Positions 48,252 through 57,928 of a DNA stretch of 64,000 nucleotides are shown piece by piece. The notes under the pieces are model-generated. The model saw only the letters and a program-made list of their open reading frames with translations. It was not told the DNA's origin and did no database searches. The stretch lies in the IMG/VR virus record IMGVR_UViG_3300021387_001106, positions 1-64,000 of that record; one strand, given 5' to 3'. Numbering within the stretch: the first letter of the stretch is position 1; every line of letters starts with the position of its first letter. The translations under genes were made by a program, and so were the position numbers. This DNA is from a virus (taxonomy: Duplodnaviria; Caudoviricetes).

Positions 48252-50684
48252 ATGGCGAAGAAGACGATAAAGATTACTGCGCAGAAAGGGCCGCAGTGGG
48301 ACTTCCTTGGAACGGAAGCTGATATATGCATATACGGCGGAGCAGCGGGCGGCGGAAAAGCAATGCCGCTCTCGGAACCGGTACTGACTACCCGTGGGTT
48401 CATTCCCATGGGTAGAGTTAGGATTGGGACAGAAGTCCGTACACCCGACAATGGTACAGCAAAGGTTATCCAGATACATCCTCAGGGTGTGGTGGATACC
48501 TACAGGATAAGGTTCTCGGACGGAGCCGAAACGGTTTGCACCGCTGACCATCTGTGGATGTCAAGGGTGTCTCGTGTCCCTGACAGCGACAAGGTACGAA
48601 CTACGGCGGAGATTAAGCGGCTCATAGATGTAGAGAGGAAGAACGTCTTCATACCACTTTGCTCACCGATAGAGTTCGACAGGGAAGTAGAACTCCCCAT
48701 AAAGCCGTATATGCTCGGTGTACTGATAGGGGACGGGTACCTGTGCAGGTATACGATTACCATTACCAAAGGCGATATGGAAGTGTTCGACCGTATCAGG
48801 GAGGACGGCTACAGCCTGACAAATTACTGTGGGAACCATCCCGAGCGTACACCTGAATATGGGGTGAAAGACTTCAAGGAAGAGAAGAAGTGGCTCACAG
48901 AGAAAAAGCTCAGGTGCAAAGGGTACAAGAAATATATCCCGAATGAATACAAATACGCGTCCATCCAAGACCGCATAGACCTGATACAGGGGCTTATGGA
49001 TACGGATGGTTACGCTGATAAACATGGCAACTGTTCCTTCTCAACCACGTCGAAGCGGCTGGCAAATGACGTGCAGTGGATAATCCGTTCACTGGGCGGC
49101 AGGGCCAAGATAACGAGCAAGATACCTTCCTATACACGCAAGGACGGCACAAAGAAGAAGTGCAGAAGAGCCTATATCGTACATGTTCGGATGCCTGACA
49201 ACTCCATACTGTTCAGCCTCCCGAGAAAGAAAAAGCGGTGTGAAGTCACCTATAAAAGAAAGCATCCACAGGGACAGGGCAGAAGGATTGCTTCGATACT
49301 TTGGGACGGGGAGAAGGAATGCCAGTGCATCACCCTTGACAACGAGCAGGGACTGTATCTGACAAGGGACTTCATCGTCACGCACAACAGCTATGGGCTA
49401 TTGCTCAGCCCGCTGATGTACAAGGGCGTGAGAGGGTTCAATGCTGTTGTCTTCAGAAGAACATTCAAGCAGATATTCTCACCCGGCAGCTTGTGGGATA
49501 TGGCGCATGAGATATATTCCCTCATTCCGAACGCTCAAATGCGAAAAGTTGCGGCATCTTGGGAGTTCGTTGATAAGGCGGGGGACGTCATATCGAAAGT
49601 AACATTTGCACATATAGAGAACTATAGCGCTGTTGACGACTGGAAGGGCAGCCAGTTATGCGAGATATGCTTCGATGAGGTGACTCATTTTGGTGAGGAC
49701 ACCTTCTTCTATATGTTGTCCCGTAACCGCTCTACGTGCGGCGTTAAGCCATTTGTAAGGGCAACCTGCAACCCTGACGCTGATTCATGGGTCGCCAAAT
49801 TCATAGAATGGTGGATAGATCAGGACACTGGATACCCTATACAGGAACGGAGTGGGAAGCTCCGATGGTTCGTCAGACGGGACGGTATTATCAACTGGGC
49901 CGATACAAAAGAAGAGCTGTGGGAAAGGTTCAATCTTCAGACACCCGAGGAACGGGATGAACCACGGTCAGTTACCTTCATAATGTCGAGTATCTACGAC
50001 AACAAGGAACTGCTGAAGGTCAACCCGCAGTACCTGTCTTCACTGAAAGCGCTCCCGGAGGTTGAACGTGAACGTCTGCTGAAAGGGAACTGGAAGATCA
50101 AGTCCACAGCCGGTACGTATTTTAAAAGAACACAGATTGAGCTTGTGCTTGATGAACCATCCGACATACAGCAGTATTGCAGGGCGTGGGACCTTGCCGC
50201 GTCATCGGACAAGGAGAGCGGAGACCCTGACTATACAGCCGGGGTTCTGGCTGGTCTTAGGAAGGATAAATCCGTTGTAATCCTTGACGTCATTAACAAA
50301 AGGGTACCGGCATCGGATGTTGAACGCCTGATATATAACACGGCTGTTGCTGACAGGAAAAAATACGGCCTCAAATGCAAGATACGGATACCGCAGGACC
50401 CGGGAGCAGCAGGGAAAATTGTTGCGCAGAACTATATAAAAATACTGTCTGGATTTCCAGTTAAGGCTATTCCCGTGTCAGGAAGCAAAGAACTGAGGGC
50501 AACGCCTGTTGCCGCCCAATGGCAGGTCGGAAATATATATGTTCTGGCGGCAGAATGGAACGATATGTATTTCACTCAGCTTGAAAGTTTTCCTCAGGGC
50601 GCACATGACGATATGGTGGACGCAACATCTGATGCTTTCAACGAACTATCGAAGCCGACATTTGAACTGAAGAACCTTTTGTAG
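48252..50684 (+). CDS. terL: Terminase large subunit containing an intein
   Basis: YGGAAGGGK/S Walker A, ICFDE Walker B, ATCNP, AWDLA, HDDMVDA. Confidence 0.95.
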   Translation: MAKKTIKITAQKGPQWDFLGTEADICIYGGAAGGGKAMPLSEPVLTTRGFIPMGRVRIGTEVRTPDNGTAKVIQIHPQGVVDTYRIRFSDGAETVCTADHLWMSRVSRVPDSDKVRTTAEIKRLIDVERKNVFIPLCSPIEFDREVELPIKPYMLGVLIGDGYLCRYTITITKGDMEVFDRIREDGYSLTNYCGNHPERTPEYGVKDFKEEKKWLTEKKLRCKGYKKYIPNEYKYASIQDRIDLIQGLMDTDGYADKHGNCSFSTTSKRLANDVQWIIRSLGGRAKITSKIPSYTRKDGTKKKCRRAYIVHVRMPDNSILFSLPRKKKRCEVTYKRKHPQGQGRRIASILWDGEKECQCITLDNEQGLYLTRDFIVTHNSYGLLLSPLMYKGVRGFNAVVFRRTFKQIFSPGSLWDMAHEIYSLIPNAQMRKVAASWEFVDKAGDVISKVTFAHIENYSAVDDWKGSQLCEICFDEVTHFGEDTFFYMLSRNRSTCGVKPFVRATCNPDADSWVAKFIEWWIDQDTGYPIQERSGKLRWFVRRDGIINWADTKEELWERFNLQTPEERDEPRSVTFIMSSIYDNKELLKVNPQYLSSLKALPEVERERLLKGNWKIKSTAGTYFKRTQIELVLDEPSDIQQYCRAWDLAASSDKESGDPDYTAGVLAGLRKDKSVVILDVINKRVPASDVERLIYNTAVADRKKYGLKCKIRIPQDPGAAGKIVAQNYIKILSGFPVKAIPVSGSKELRATPVAAQWQVGNIYVLAAEWNDMYFTQLESFPQGAHDDMVDATSDAFNELSKPTFELKNLL
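48360..49388 (+). mobile_element. Class 3 intein (Ala1) with LAGLIDADG homing endonuclease, 343 aa
   Basis: GGGK|AMPL...VTHN|S; block B CTADHLW, block F CQC, block G THN; LGVLIGDG and LIQGLMDTDG. Confidence 0.9.
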
Positions 50685-50735
50685 GTATGGACTTTACCTG
50701 TGATTGGACGGGATAAATACAGGGGGAAGGAATAA

Positions 50736-50912
50736 ATGCACGAATGTTTCCATTGTGGAGAAAAAGCAGTCATATGGGATTCTGACTTCAGCTTTGAAGA
50801 GATGGGGGATGAAGGCGACGGCATTTATCAATTCTGCCATTGCACCCACTGTGGGGCAGAGATACAGTACAGGATACCCTTCGGAACAGAGGGGGATGAT
50901 ACAGACTCATAA
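50736..50912 (+). CDS. Small zinc-finger protein (not in ORF track)
   Basis: MHECFHCG...CTHCGAE, AAGG RBS. Confidence 0.7.
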   Translation: MHECFHCGEKAVIWDSDFSFEEMGDEGDGIYQFCHCTHCGAEIQYRIPFGTEGDDTDS

Positions 50913-51114
50913 AGACGGGCCGGGATACGGATAACGAAAAGGGAAAAGAAAAATGCGCAGGATAGACAGCAAAAGCCTATCCTGCTTTTTATTTGCGCAA
51001 CATAATAAATTGACCATGCATGCGGTTATGCTATCATATTTTACAAGAACATCGTTAGCTGTAATGGGCCAAACCGTAGCGCAGAGTTGATAATGCAAGT
51101 TGGAAGGAGGATGT

Positions 51115-51654
51115 ATGAAAGCGGATTGGCTCAATAGGAAAGTCGAAAAAATCAGAAGTTCTATGTTAGAGCGGTCGGACGGTGGCCCCGGCAGTGGTAA
51201 CTGGGGACACGTCGGAAGGCCAGGGGAACCCGGTGGCTCCCAAAAAGGCGGTGGGAAAGCGTTCCGCATGGTGAATGTAGTAAAGAACACATATACATCA
51301 CAGCCGAAGATCAGGCAGGCTGCCAAGCAGCAGTATAAGAACGCAAAACTGTCTGGCAGCGCCAAGCTGCTCGCAAAGGCGCAGAAGCGCATGAAGAGCA
51401 TCAACACGAACATAAAGACCGCTGATGTCAGGAAGGCCGGCAAGAAGGGCTATCAGGTCGTCAATGAGATCGACGAAAATGCAAGCAGAAATATCCTGAA
51501 GGACAAAAAGCGCGGCAAGTCGGCAAGGGAAAACAACCTGATGAAGGTAAAGGGAACGAATGAGACGATCAAGTACACATTCCCGAACCGGGTCACAAGG
51601 GGCGGCTCTGGCAAACGTGGTGGCAAGACCACTGTGCGGAGAGCGAAAAACTGA
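51115..51654 (+). CDS. Basic protein with RSD-GGPGSGNWGH tag
   Basis: GGAGG RBS; tag shared with 56720 and 57929. Confidence 0.75.
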   Translation: MKADWLNRKVEKIRSSMLERSDGGPGSGNWGHVGRPGEPGGSQKGGGKAFRMVNVVKNTYTSQPKIRQAAKQQYKNAKLSGSAKLLAKAQKRMKSINTNIKTADVRKAGKKGYQVVNEIDENASRNILKDKKRGKSARENNLMKVKGTNETIKYTFPNRVTRGGSGKRGGKTTVRRAKN

Positions 51655-51669
51655 TAAAGGAGGAAGGCA

Positions 51670-51969
51670 ATGCCCGATGTTGAAAAATTATCATACGAGG
51701 TAGCGATGCTGGCAAGGAGTTTCACGCCGGCTGAGATGGAAGTGTTTGAAACACTGCTCGATTATACCGAGACGCTTCCAGAAGGTTTCTTTAGTGATAA
51801 GACTCTGGAAGAGCTCAACGAGCATTTCGGCGGCCATGACGACATGGTGGTCACAGAGAAGGTCCGCACCGCGCTTGACAAACAACAGATGGTTGACCTC
51901 ATGATGGACGCGATGATGCAGATATACGATGACCTTCCCGAAGATGACGAGGATGAAGACGAAGAGTAA
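51670..51969 (+). CDS. Small acidic protein
   Basis: AGGAGG RBS, terminator 52005-52030. Confidence 0.7.
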   Translation: MPDVEKLSYEVAMLARSFTPAEMEVFETLLDYTETLPEGFFSDKTLEELNEHFGGHDDMVVTEKVRTALDKQQMVDLMMDAMMQIYDDLPEDDEDEDEE

Positions 51970-52092
51970 CATCACGCAACAAAAACCGACAAAAATGGAC
52001 ATGGAACAGGGCTGAAAAGCCCTGTTTTTTGTTACCTAAGAAAAAAGCGGCAGGAGTACGGTAAAGATTATCACTCGCCGTAAGGAGAGAGC

Positions 52093-55000
52093 ATGGCAAG
52101 CAGGAAGGAAAAAATCGACTCGCTCAGGCGCTACACGAACTTAATACAGAAGCAGACCGGCAGAGTCGTAAGACCCTACCGCATGGACGGCTATGTCAAC
52201 ATGCTCACCAAGTACGGCACGTCCCGTGATGCTTCGGAAAGATATGAGTTTAAACAGGAACCACCGGTACCGGATGAACAGCTCACTTCCTTCTACGAGG
52301 GGAACGGACTGTTCGCCAAGATCATAGACGCACCGGCGGAAGAGGCCATCAAACACGGCTTTGAGCTGGAAGGGCTTCAGGACCAGAACATCGAGGACTT
52401 CTACACGGAAGCACTTGAAGAGCTGGACTGGGAAGAGACCATGATGACAGCAGTCAAATGGGCAAGGCTTTTTGGCGGTTCCATCGCTGTCATGATGATC
52501 AATGACGGCAGGGGTGTTGATGAGCCTCTCGACTGGAAGAACATCACATCTATCGACGACATCAGGATATATGACCGTTCCCTAATACAACCAGACTACG
52601 GAAGCATGTTCTCCTACGACCCGGACGACCCGTTCGGGACAAGGGGGAGCCGGTTGGGTATGCCTGAATACTACGATGTCTACAGCCGGTACGGGAGCTT
52701 CCGGGTGCACGACTCCAGATGCCTTGTATTCCAGAACGGTATACTCCCTGAGAACACGAGCAATTCTGTCTATCAGTTGTGGGGTATGCCGGAGTACATC
52801 AGGCTCAACAGGGCGATACGTGACGCTGAGGTCGCACACGGAACGGCTCCAAAGATGCTCGACCGCTCCATACAGGCGGTCTACCGGATGAAAGACCTTG
52901 CAACAGAACTTGCTACAGAGGAAGGCGAGGACAGGGTTCTCAGGCGTCTACAGACCATCGACATGGCAAGGGGGCTTTTAAACTCCATCACCATCGACAG
53001 CGAGGGCGAGGATTACGACTTCAGGCAATTTTCATTTACCGGCGTTTCCGAGGTCATCGACACGACATGCAACTTCCTGTCTGCATTGACTTCCATCCCA
53101 CAGACCATCCTGTTCGGAAGGTCACCCGCCGGTATGAACTCCACGGGCATGGGAGACCTTGAGAACTGGTACAACTACCTTGAACGCATCCAGAACCGCA
53201 TGATAAAGAAGAACCTGAGGTATCTTCTGAGCATCATCTTTCAGGCGGGCGTATGTACCGGTGAGATAGATGAGGTCCCACCTATCAAGGTCAAGTTCAA
53301 CCCGCTGTGGTCACTGTCCGATCAGGAAGAGGCGTCCCTTGAACAGATGAGGGCGCAGGTTGCGAACACCAATGCCAACACCGCTATGGTCTACGTCCAG
53401 ATGCAGGCGCTCGACCCTTCTGAGGTCAGAAAGAAACTTGCGGATTCCGAGGAGTTTGATGTTGAGACTCTGCTCGACGAATATACCGAGGAGGAACTGG
53501 AAGAAAACGACCCTATGAAGAAACAGGCGGAAGGTGCTATGCCGGGTATGGAAGGCGGCGGTATGCCGGGAATGCCGGGGATGCCTGCAATGCCCGGTGG
53601 ACCGGAAGGAGCACCGCCTGAAGGGGCACCGCCACAGGCACCGGATGCTATGGGCGGAACACCTACTGGAAAGGTTCAGCCTAATGACGGCCCTAAACCC
53701 GAAATGGCGCAGGGCGGCAAAGAAAAGGATACGGATATTGGCGGGAACGCCCCGGCTGCTGCACCGGCAGCAACAAAACTTCCTGTTGATATGAGCGGGA
53801 AGGAAAAGGACAAAGCAGAGGAAGCTAAGGAAGAGCTCAAGAAGCCTGTAGACAAGGCTAAAGACAACACTCAGGAATCGACAGCTAAGCCAGAAGAAAA
53901 GGCAGAAGATGCAGAGGACACTCTGCGCAATGCATGGCTTGGTGTCGGGCCTGAAGAAGAAAAGCCCTCTGATAAAAAGATTATCAAAAAGCCAAAAAAG
54001 CCCGTCGACCCGCTCCCGGGGGATACCCTTCGGAACGCGTGGCTGGGAATCACTCCAAAAGAAGAAGAGGATGAGGAGGACACGCTCACAAAAGCATGGC
54101 ATGGAACAGAACCGGTCGATACTGAGGATACGCTCAGGAACGCATGGCTCGGTAACATTCCCGTGAAACCGCCTCATGGCTCCAGGATCGTCCGTACACG
54201 CAAGGGGGATATTTCTATCAGGGACTTCCGTGCGGCGTCCAGAGAGGACGAAGAGAACCCTCTGACGGCAATGTACGACCATGAGATCACCGCCAGAAAT
54301 GGCAAGACCTACAGGGCGTTTGAGGGCGAAGGCTACAAAGCCTATGGCGAGAGGATGCGTGAAAGCTCCCGTATGGATGCGGGTGCGCAGGGTGCAGTCG
54401 GCGTGTATGTCATCAAGGATGGCAAGATACTGACAGGCATTCGTGGTGAAGGGGATGGACAATACCTTCTCTGCGGTCCCGGCGGACACATCGAAGAAGG
54501 TGAGACCCCCGGACAGGCTGCAATACGCGAGACACAGGAAGAGTTTGGTATCACACCCATGGAGCTTATCCCGTTCGGGAAAGGGGAAAAGCAAAGCAAC
54601 GGTCTACGGCCTGACCTGTTCCTATGTGTCAGGTTTGAGGGGAAACCCAAGTGCGATGAACACGAGATGCACAATCCGAGGTTCACAGCCATCGAAGAGA
54701 TCGAGCACTCGGGCCGCCTGTTCAGGCCGTTTGAAAACGGCATCCAGAAGCTGATACAGGCAGTTACTGGAAAGAACATCCACGCAGATGATGAAAAGTG
54801 GATTACTGTCAACGGAACACACGTACTTGTTGATGATGATGGAACCGCTAAAAACGGCGGCAAGCTCAAAGGAATGTCTTTTTCAAAAGCCGAGAGCGAG
54901 GAAAGCGCAAAGCAGACCAATGCTCCCGGCTCAAATAAAATACTCTTCCAACCGTCAAAGACTAAGATTAACAGGGAAATCTCTGATATAGCGGATAAGA

Positions 55001-56265
55001 GCACGCAGGATACGGTTGAAGATGACATTAAGAAGATTGGGAAGCTGCTTGACACACTTGAACCCGGCTCCGTAGTCACTGTCCCGGCAAATCTTGCGGG
55101 GGATGATAAGTACACCTATACAAAAGATGAAGATGGAAGATGGGGTGGAAAAGGCACCAACGGAACATGGAAAGCTGAGGACATCGCGTGGGATTTTCTC
55201 TATGAAGACCCGAGGGAACGCGCATATATCAGCAAGTCCGCATTATCGGAAACTGAGAAAGAAAAAGACAGACAGAGCTATGAGGCACGGAATTTCCGCA
55301 ATCAGGAATCCCCGTGGGCCGGTGACAACTCATTGGCTCAAATGGCTGAGGTACAGCTTCAGAGGGAAGACCTGAAGAAAGCCGGTGAAGGCACCGTAGC
55401 GGTCGATAAGGATGGAAGACAGCTCCAATGCCACGGAGATGGCGTATGGACAGACAGGGACGGAAACATCGTGAAGAATCCATCCGGGCTGAAAGTGGAA
55501 GGTGACTACTTCGATATAAACTGCGGATTGAACGGCATGGATCCTATCGAAATAAGCAAGGTCAGGGACGTGTTCGATAAAATGCCACCGGATATTCAGG
55601 GTATATACGAAAAAACCTTCAGGGAACATGGCGTAAGACCGTCTGAGGAAGGATGGGACATCTCATATTTCAAACCGTCAGATGGCCGTGTATATCTCCG
55701 CGAGGGGTCGTCAGCGGGCACCTTCTTCCACGAGATGAGCCATGCGCTTGACAGAGGGGCCGTAGACATAGAGTACGTAAAAGAAAACGGAGAGAAATAC
55801 AGGGTGACGTCTGCGGCGGAAAACCTTGACTGGCTTGCGCATCCGCTTAAAGAAAAGGGAAGAGAAGACTTCGAGACGATGGCAAAAATCGTCGGATTTA
55901 ATACTAACGGGAAGGGATGGTTCGCCAACGAGAAAGAAGAACAGGCGTCCGTCCGACAGTTCATCGACTGGGCATATAAGTATTCCGATATACCGGGATT
56001 TGAATGTGTCAGCGATGCAGTAAGCGCAATGACATATGACGTATGCGGGGCAAGCATATACTCTGGCGGTCATGACAGGCAGTATTGGACAGGCTCGTAC
56101 CTTCAGGGCAGAAAGACATCTGCAACGAGCGATGAATACTGGGCGAATTTCTGTGAACTTAAAGCGATGCGCTACGATACTGCTCTAAAACTCCTGAAAG
56201 TCATTACGCCGAACAGATATGCTGCGGCAGAGGCGACCTACAAAGAAGCCTTTAAGAAGAGGTAA
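52093..56265 (+). CDS. Portal protein (DUF1073-type) fused to a linker, Nudix hydrolase and HEXXH peptidase-like domain
   Basis: KIIDAPAEEA, WARLFGGS, IPQTILFGRSPAGMNSTG, FNPLW; Nudix box GGHIEEGETPGQAAIRETQEEFG (54481-54549); FFHEMSH (55729). Confidence 0.88.
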   Translation: MASRKEKIDSLRRYTNLIQKQTGRVVRPYRMDGYVNMLTKYGTSRDASERYEFKQEPPVPDEQLTSFYEGNGLFAKIIDAPAEEAIKHGFELEGLQDQNIEDFYTEALEELDWEETMMTAVKWARLFGGSIAVMMINDGRGVDEPLDWKNITSIDDIRIYDRSLIQPDYGSMFSYDPDDPFGTRGSRLGMPEYYDVYSRYGSFRVHDSRCLVFQNGILPENTSNSVYQLWGMPEYIRLNRAIRDAEVAHGTAPKMLDRSIQAVYRMKDLATELATEEGEDRVLRRLQTIDMARGLLNSITIDSEGEDYDFRQFSFTGVSEVIDTTCNFLSALTSIPQTILFGRSPAGMNSTGMGDLENWYNYLERIQNRMIKKNLRYLLSIIFQAGVCTGEIDEVPPIKVKFNPLWSLSDQEEASLEQMRAQVANTNANTAMVYVQMQALDPSEVRKKLADSEEFDVETLLDEYTEEELEENDPMKKQAEGAMPGMEGGGMPGMPGMPAMPGGPEGAPPEGAPPQAPDAMGGTPTGKVQPNDGPKPEMAQGGKEKDTDIGGNAPAAAPAATKLPVDMSGKEKDKAEEAKEELKKPVDKAKDNTQESTAKPEEKAEDAEDTLRNAWLGVGPEEEKPSDKKIIKKPKKPVDPLPGDTLRNAWLGITPKEEEDEEDTLTKAWHGTEPVDTEDTLRNAWLGNIPVKPPHGSRIVRTRKGDISIRDFRAASREDEENPLTAMYDHEITARNGKTYRAFEGEGYKAYGERMRESSRMDAGAQGAVGVYVIKDGKILTGIRGEGDGQYLLCGPGGHIEEGETPGQAAIRETQEEFGITPMELIPFGKGEKQSNGLRPDLFLCVRFEGKPKCDEHEMHNPRFTAIEEIEHSGRLFRPFENGIQKLIQAVTGKNIHADDEKWITVNGTHVLVDDDGTAKNGGKLKGMSFSKAESEESAKQTNAPGSNKILFQPSKTKINREISDIADKSTQDTVEDDIKKIGKLLDTLEPGSVVTVPANLAGDDKYTYTKDEDGRWGGKGTNGTWKAEDIAWDFLYEDPRERAYISKSALSETEKEKDRQSYEARNFRNQESPWAGDNSLAQMAEVQLQREDLKKAGEGTVAVDKDGRQLQCHGDGVWTDRDGNIVKNPSGLKVEGDYFDINCGLNGMDPIEISKVRDVFDKMPPDIQGIYEKTFREHGVRPSEEGWDISYFKPSDGRVYLREGSSAGTFFHEMSHALDRGAVDIEYVKENGEKYRVTSAAENLDWLAHPLKEKGREDFETMAKIVGFNTNGKGWFANEKEEQASVRQFIDWAYKYSDIPGFECVSDAVSAMTYDVCGASIYSGGHDRQYWTGSYLQGRKTSATSDEYWANFCELKAMRYDTALKLLKVITPNRYAAAEATYKEAFKKR
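53915..54155 (+). repeat. Four DTL(R/T)(N/K)AW(L/H)G peptide repeats in the portal linker
   Basis: DTLRNAWLG x3 and DTLTKAWHG. Confidence 0.8.
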
Positions 56266-56270
56266 AACGA

Positions 56271-56477
56271 ATGGATAACTATATGGCTGATATGATGCGC
56301 AAGCGGGGGTTTCCGTACACGGCAGATTATATCGAGATGTTCGGCATGGACAACATGAACCCGTGGTTCAGGAACGGCGCGAATGAAAAGACAGAAGCAT
56401 TTTACAAGCAGTGCGTTGAGGAAAAGCGGCCATGGGACTATTTTATTGACCCGCCAGACGATGACGTTGTGCTCTGA
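56271..56477 (+). CDS. Small protein, possible immunity partner
   Basis: GAGG RBS directly after portal-effector fusion. Confidence 0.65.
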   Translation: MDNYMADMMRKRGFPYTADYIEMFGMDNMNPWFRNGANEKTEAFYKQCVEEKRPWDYFIDPPDDDVVL

Positions 56478-56493
56478 ATGATCGGAGAAGGAT

Positions 56494-56700
56494 ATGTATA
56501 TACCGCATTATGATACAAAGGCAGACAGGTTGCCATCGGACGCCACTGCTGAAGAAAAGGGAAGGTTCGAGCGCAGCCACAATGGCTATGGATGGATGCT
56601 TTTTTATAAGGAGCTTTATCCAGACCTGTCTGTCCCATATATGCGGTGGGATGGTAAGGTAATTGACAGCACATGGCTGTCCTTTTTTGATGCCGTCTAA
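56494..56700 (+). CDS. Small hypothetical protein
   Basis: AAGGA RBS. Confidence 0.6.
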   Translation: MYIPHYDTKADRLPSDATAEEKGRFERSHNGYGWMLFYKELYPDLSVPYMRWDGKVIDSTWLSFFDAV

Positions 56701-56719
56701 CCTGTTACAGGAGATGACT

Positions 56720-57883
56720 ATGGAACGGATACAGGCGATAAAACTGAAATCCATACAGATACGCTATCGACTCAGACAGAGGATGGACGGCGGCCCGGGT
56801 TCTGGCAACTGGGGGCACGAGGGGAGACCCGGCAAGATCGGCGGATCGGCGGAAGGCGGCGGCACACATAACCGACAAAAGAACAGGTTCGGCGGCTATA
56901 CCTCGTTCAGCAAATGGAGAAAAGAATCTGCGAGGAGCCACGCGCTTACGAGTCAGGACATAAAGGATGTCTACGACTTCGAAGACATTATCATTGTCGA
57001 CAAAGACGGAAACCGATACCAGAGGAGCGGGCACAACTTTGAGTGCAAAACGACCGGGGATAGAAGGGATTTCGCTATTGGGGATGAATGCCGGCTCATC
57101 ATCCCGAACAAGCTCAGTCCGAATTACAAGGTCACCCGCGATGATAAGAAGGCAATGGCCTTGAATCAGGAACGGTTTGAAAGAGCGTTCTACCCGGAGG
57201 AAAGAGGCGATGCCGATACCAGATACAGGTCTGAAGCCGGGGAAATATGGAATGGATGCAGCGAAAAAGAAAAAGATTCCATGTATAGATATACCTCGTC
57301 GGAGTATAGGAGGATAAACAAAAATGTTCGCGGCGGTAATACCGATGACGAGGAGTGCAACGAGACCATAGCAGCTATCACGGATGTGATAGACAGGTCC
57401 GAATTGAGACAGGATAGTGTCCTCAGGAGAGGAATATCGCTGGGAGCCGCTGAGAAACTGTTCGGGCTGCCAGAGGGGTATCTGGAGGCCGGCAATCATG
57501 CCGATGAAGGGAACATCTCCATGGTCGGCAGGGTCGGAACTGATGATGCGTTCATGAGCTGCGGTTCATCCCGAGATTCCGGGAATGACCGTCAGGTTGT
57601 TCTGGAGATTCTGGCTCCTGAGGGAACCAAGGCCATGTATTGTGAACCGTTTTCCGCGCACGGCTTGGGTGACAGAAAACTGTGGGACGGGAAAAGCGGA
57701 CAAGAATACTTTTCCTCTGAATGCGAGAGCCTTTTGCAAAGAGGAACCACTCTACAGGTCATCAGCCACGAGATGAAGGACTCGTTTGGGTTTACATACC
57801 ATACGATGAGAGCGGTTATTTTAAGGCAGGATACAGGAAGTTCTGAATACAGTCAAAAGATAAAAAAGGCAAAGTGGAATTGA
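56720..57883 (+). CDS. VIP2/C3-type ADP-ribosyltransferase with RMD-GGPGSGNWGH tag
   Basis: YT...Y..IN..R helix, LRRG (catalytic R), FMSCGS, ECESLLQRG (ExE). Confidence 0.85.
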   Translation: MERIQAIKLKSIQIRYRLRQRMDGGPGSGNWGHEGRPGKIGGSAEGGGTHNRQKNRFGGYTSFSKWRKESARSHALTSQDIKDVYDFEDIIIVDKDGNRYQRSGHNFECKTTGDRRDFAIGDECRLIIPNKLSPNYKVTRDDKKAMALNQERFERAFYPEERGDADTRYRSEAGEIWNGCSEKEKDSMYRYTSSEYRRINKNVRGGNTDDEECNETIAAITDVIDRSELRQDSVLRRGISLGAAEKLFGLPEGYLEAGNHADEGNISMVGRVGTDDAFMSCGSSRDSGNDRQVVLEILAPEGTKAMYCEPFSAHGLGDRKLWDGKSGQEYFSSECESLLQRGTTLQVISHEMKDSFGFTYHTMRAVILRQDTGSSEYSQKIKKAKWN

Positions 57884-57928
57884 TTTCAGACACGTATTAT
57901 CAAAAAACCCGCTATAGGAGAACAGGAT

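Noticed and set aside
50957-50990. GCAGGATAG-ACAGCAA-AAG-CCTATCCTGC as another CAGCAA-stem element
   Set aside because: Followed by a T run after a gene, so adequately explained as a terminator; spacing differs and it is far from DUF2828. Worth rescoring once a covariance model exists
52093-53530. Anti-CBASS Acb1 activity for the portal-family protein
   Set aside because: No HxT/HxS 2H-phosphoesterase domain recognised; the fused enzyme here is Nudix
5651-54594. Long minus-strand ORFs such as 5651..6550, 19282..20301, 28635..29387, 40831..42114, 53311..54594
   Set aside because: Antisense shadows of recognisable plus-strand genes; no motifs or RBS
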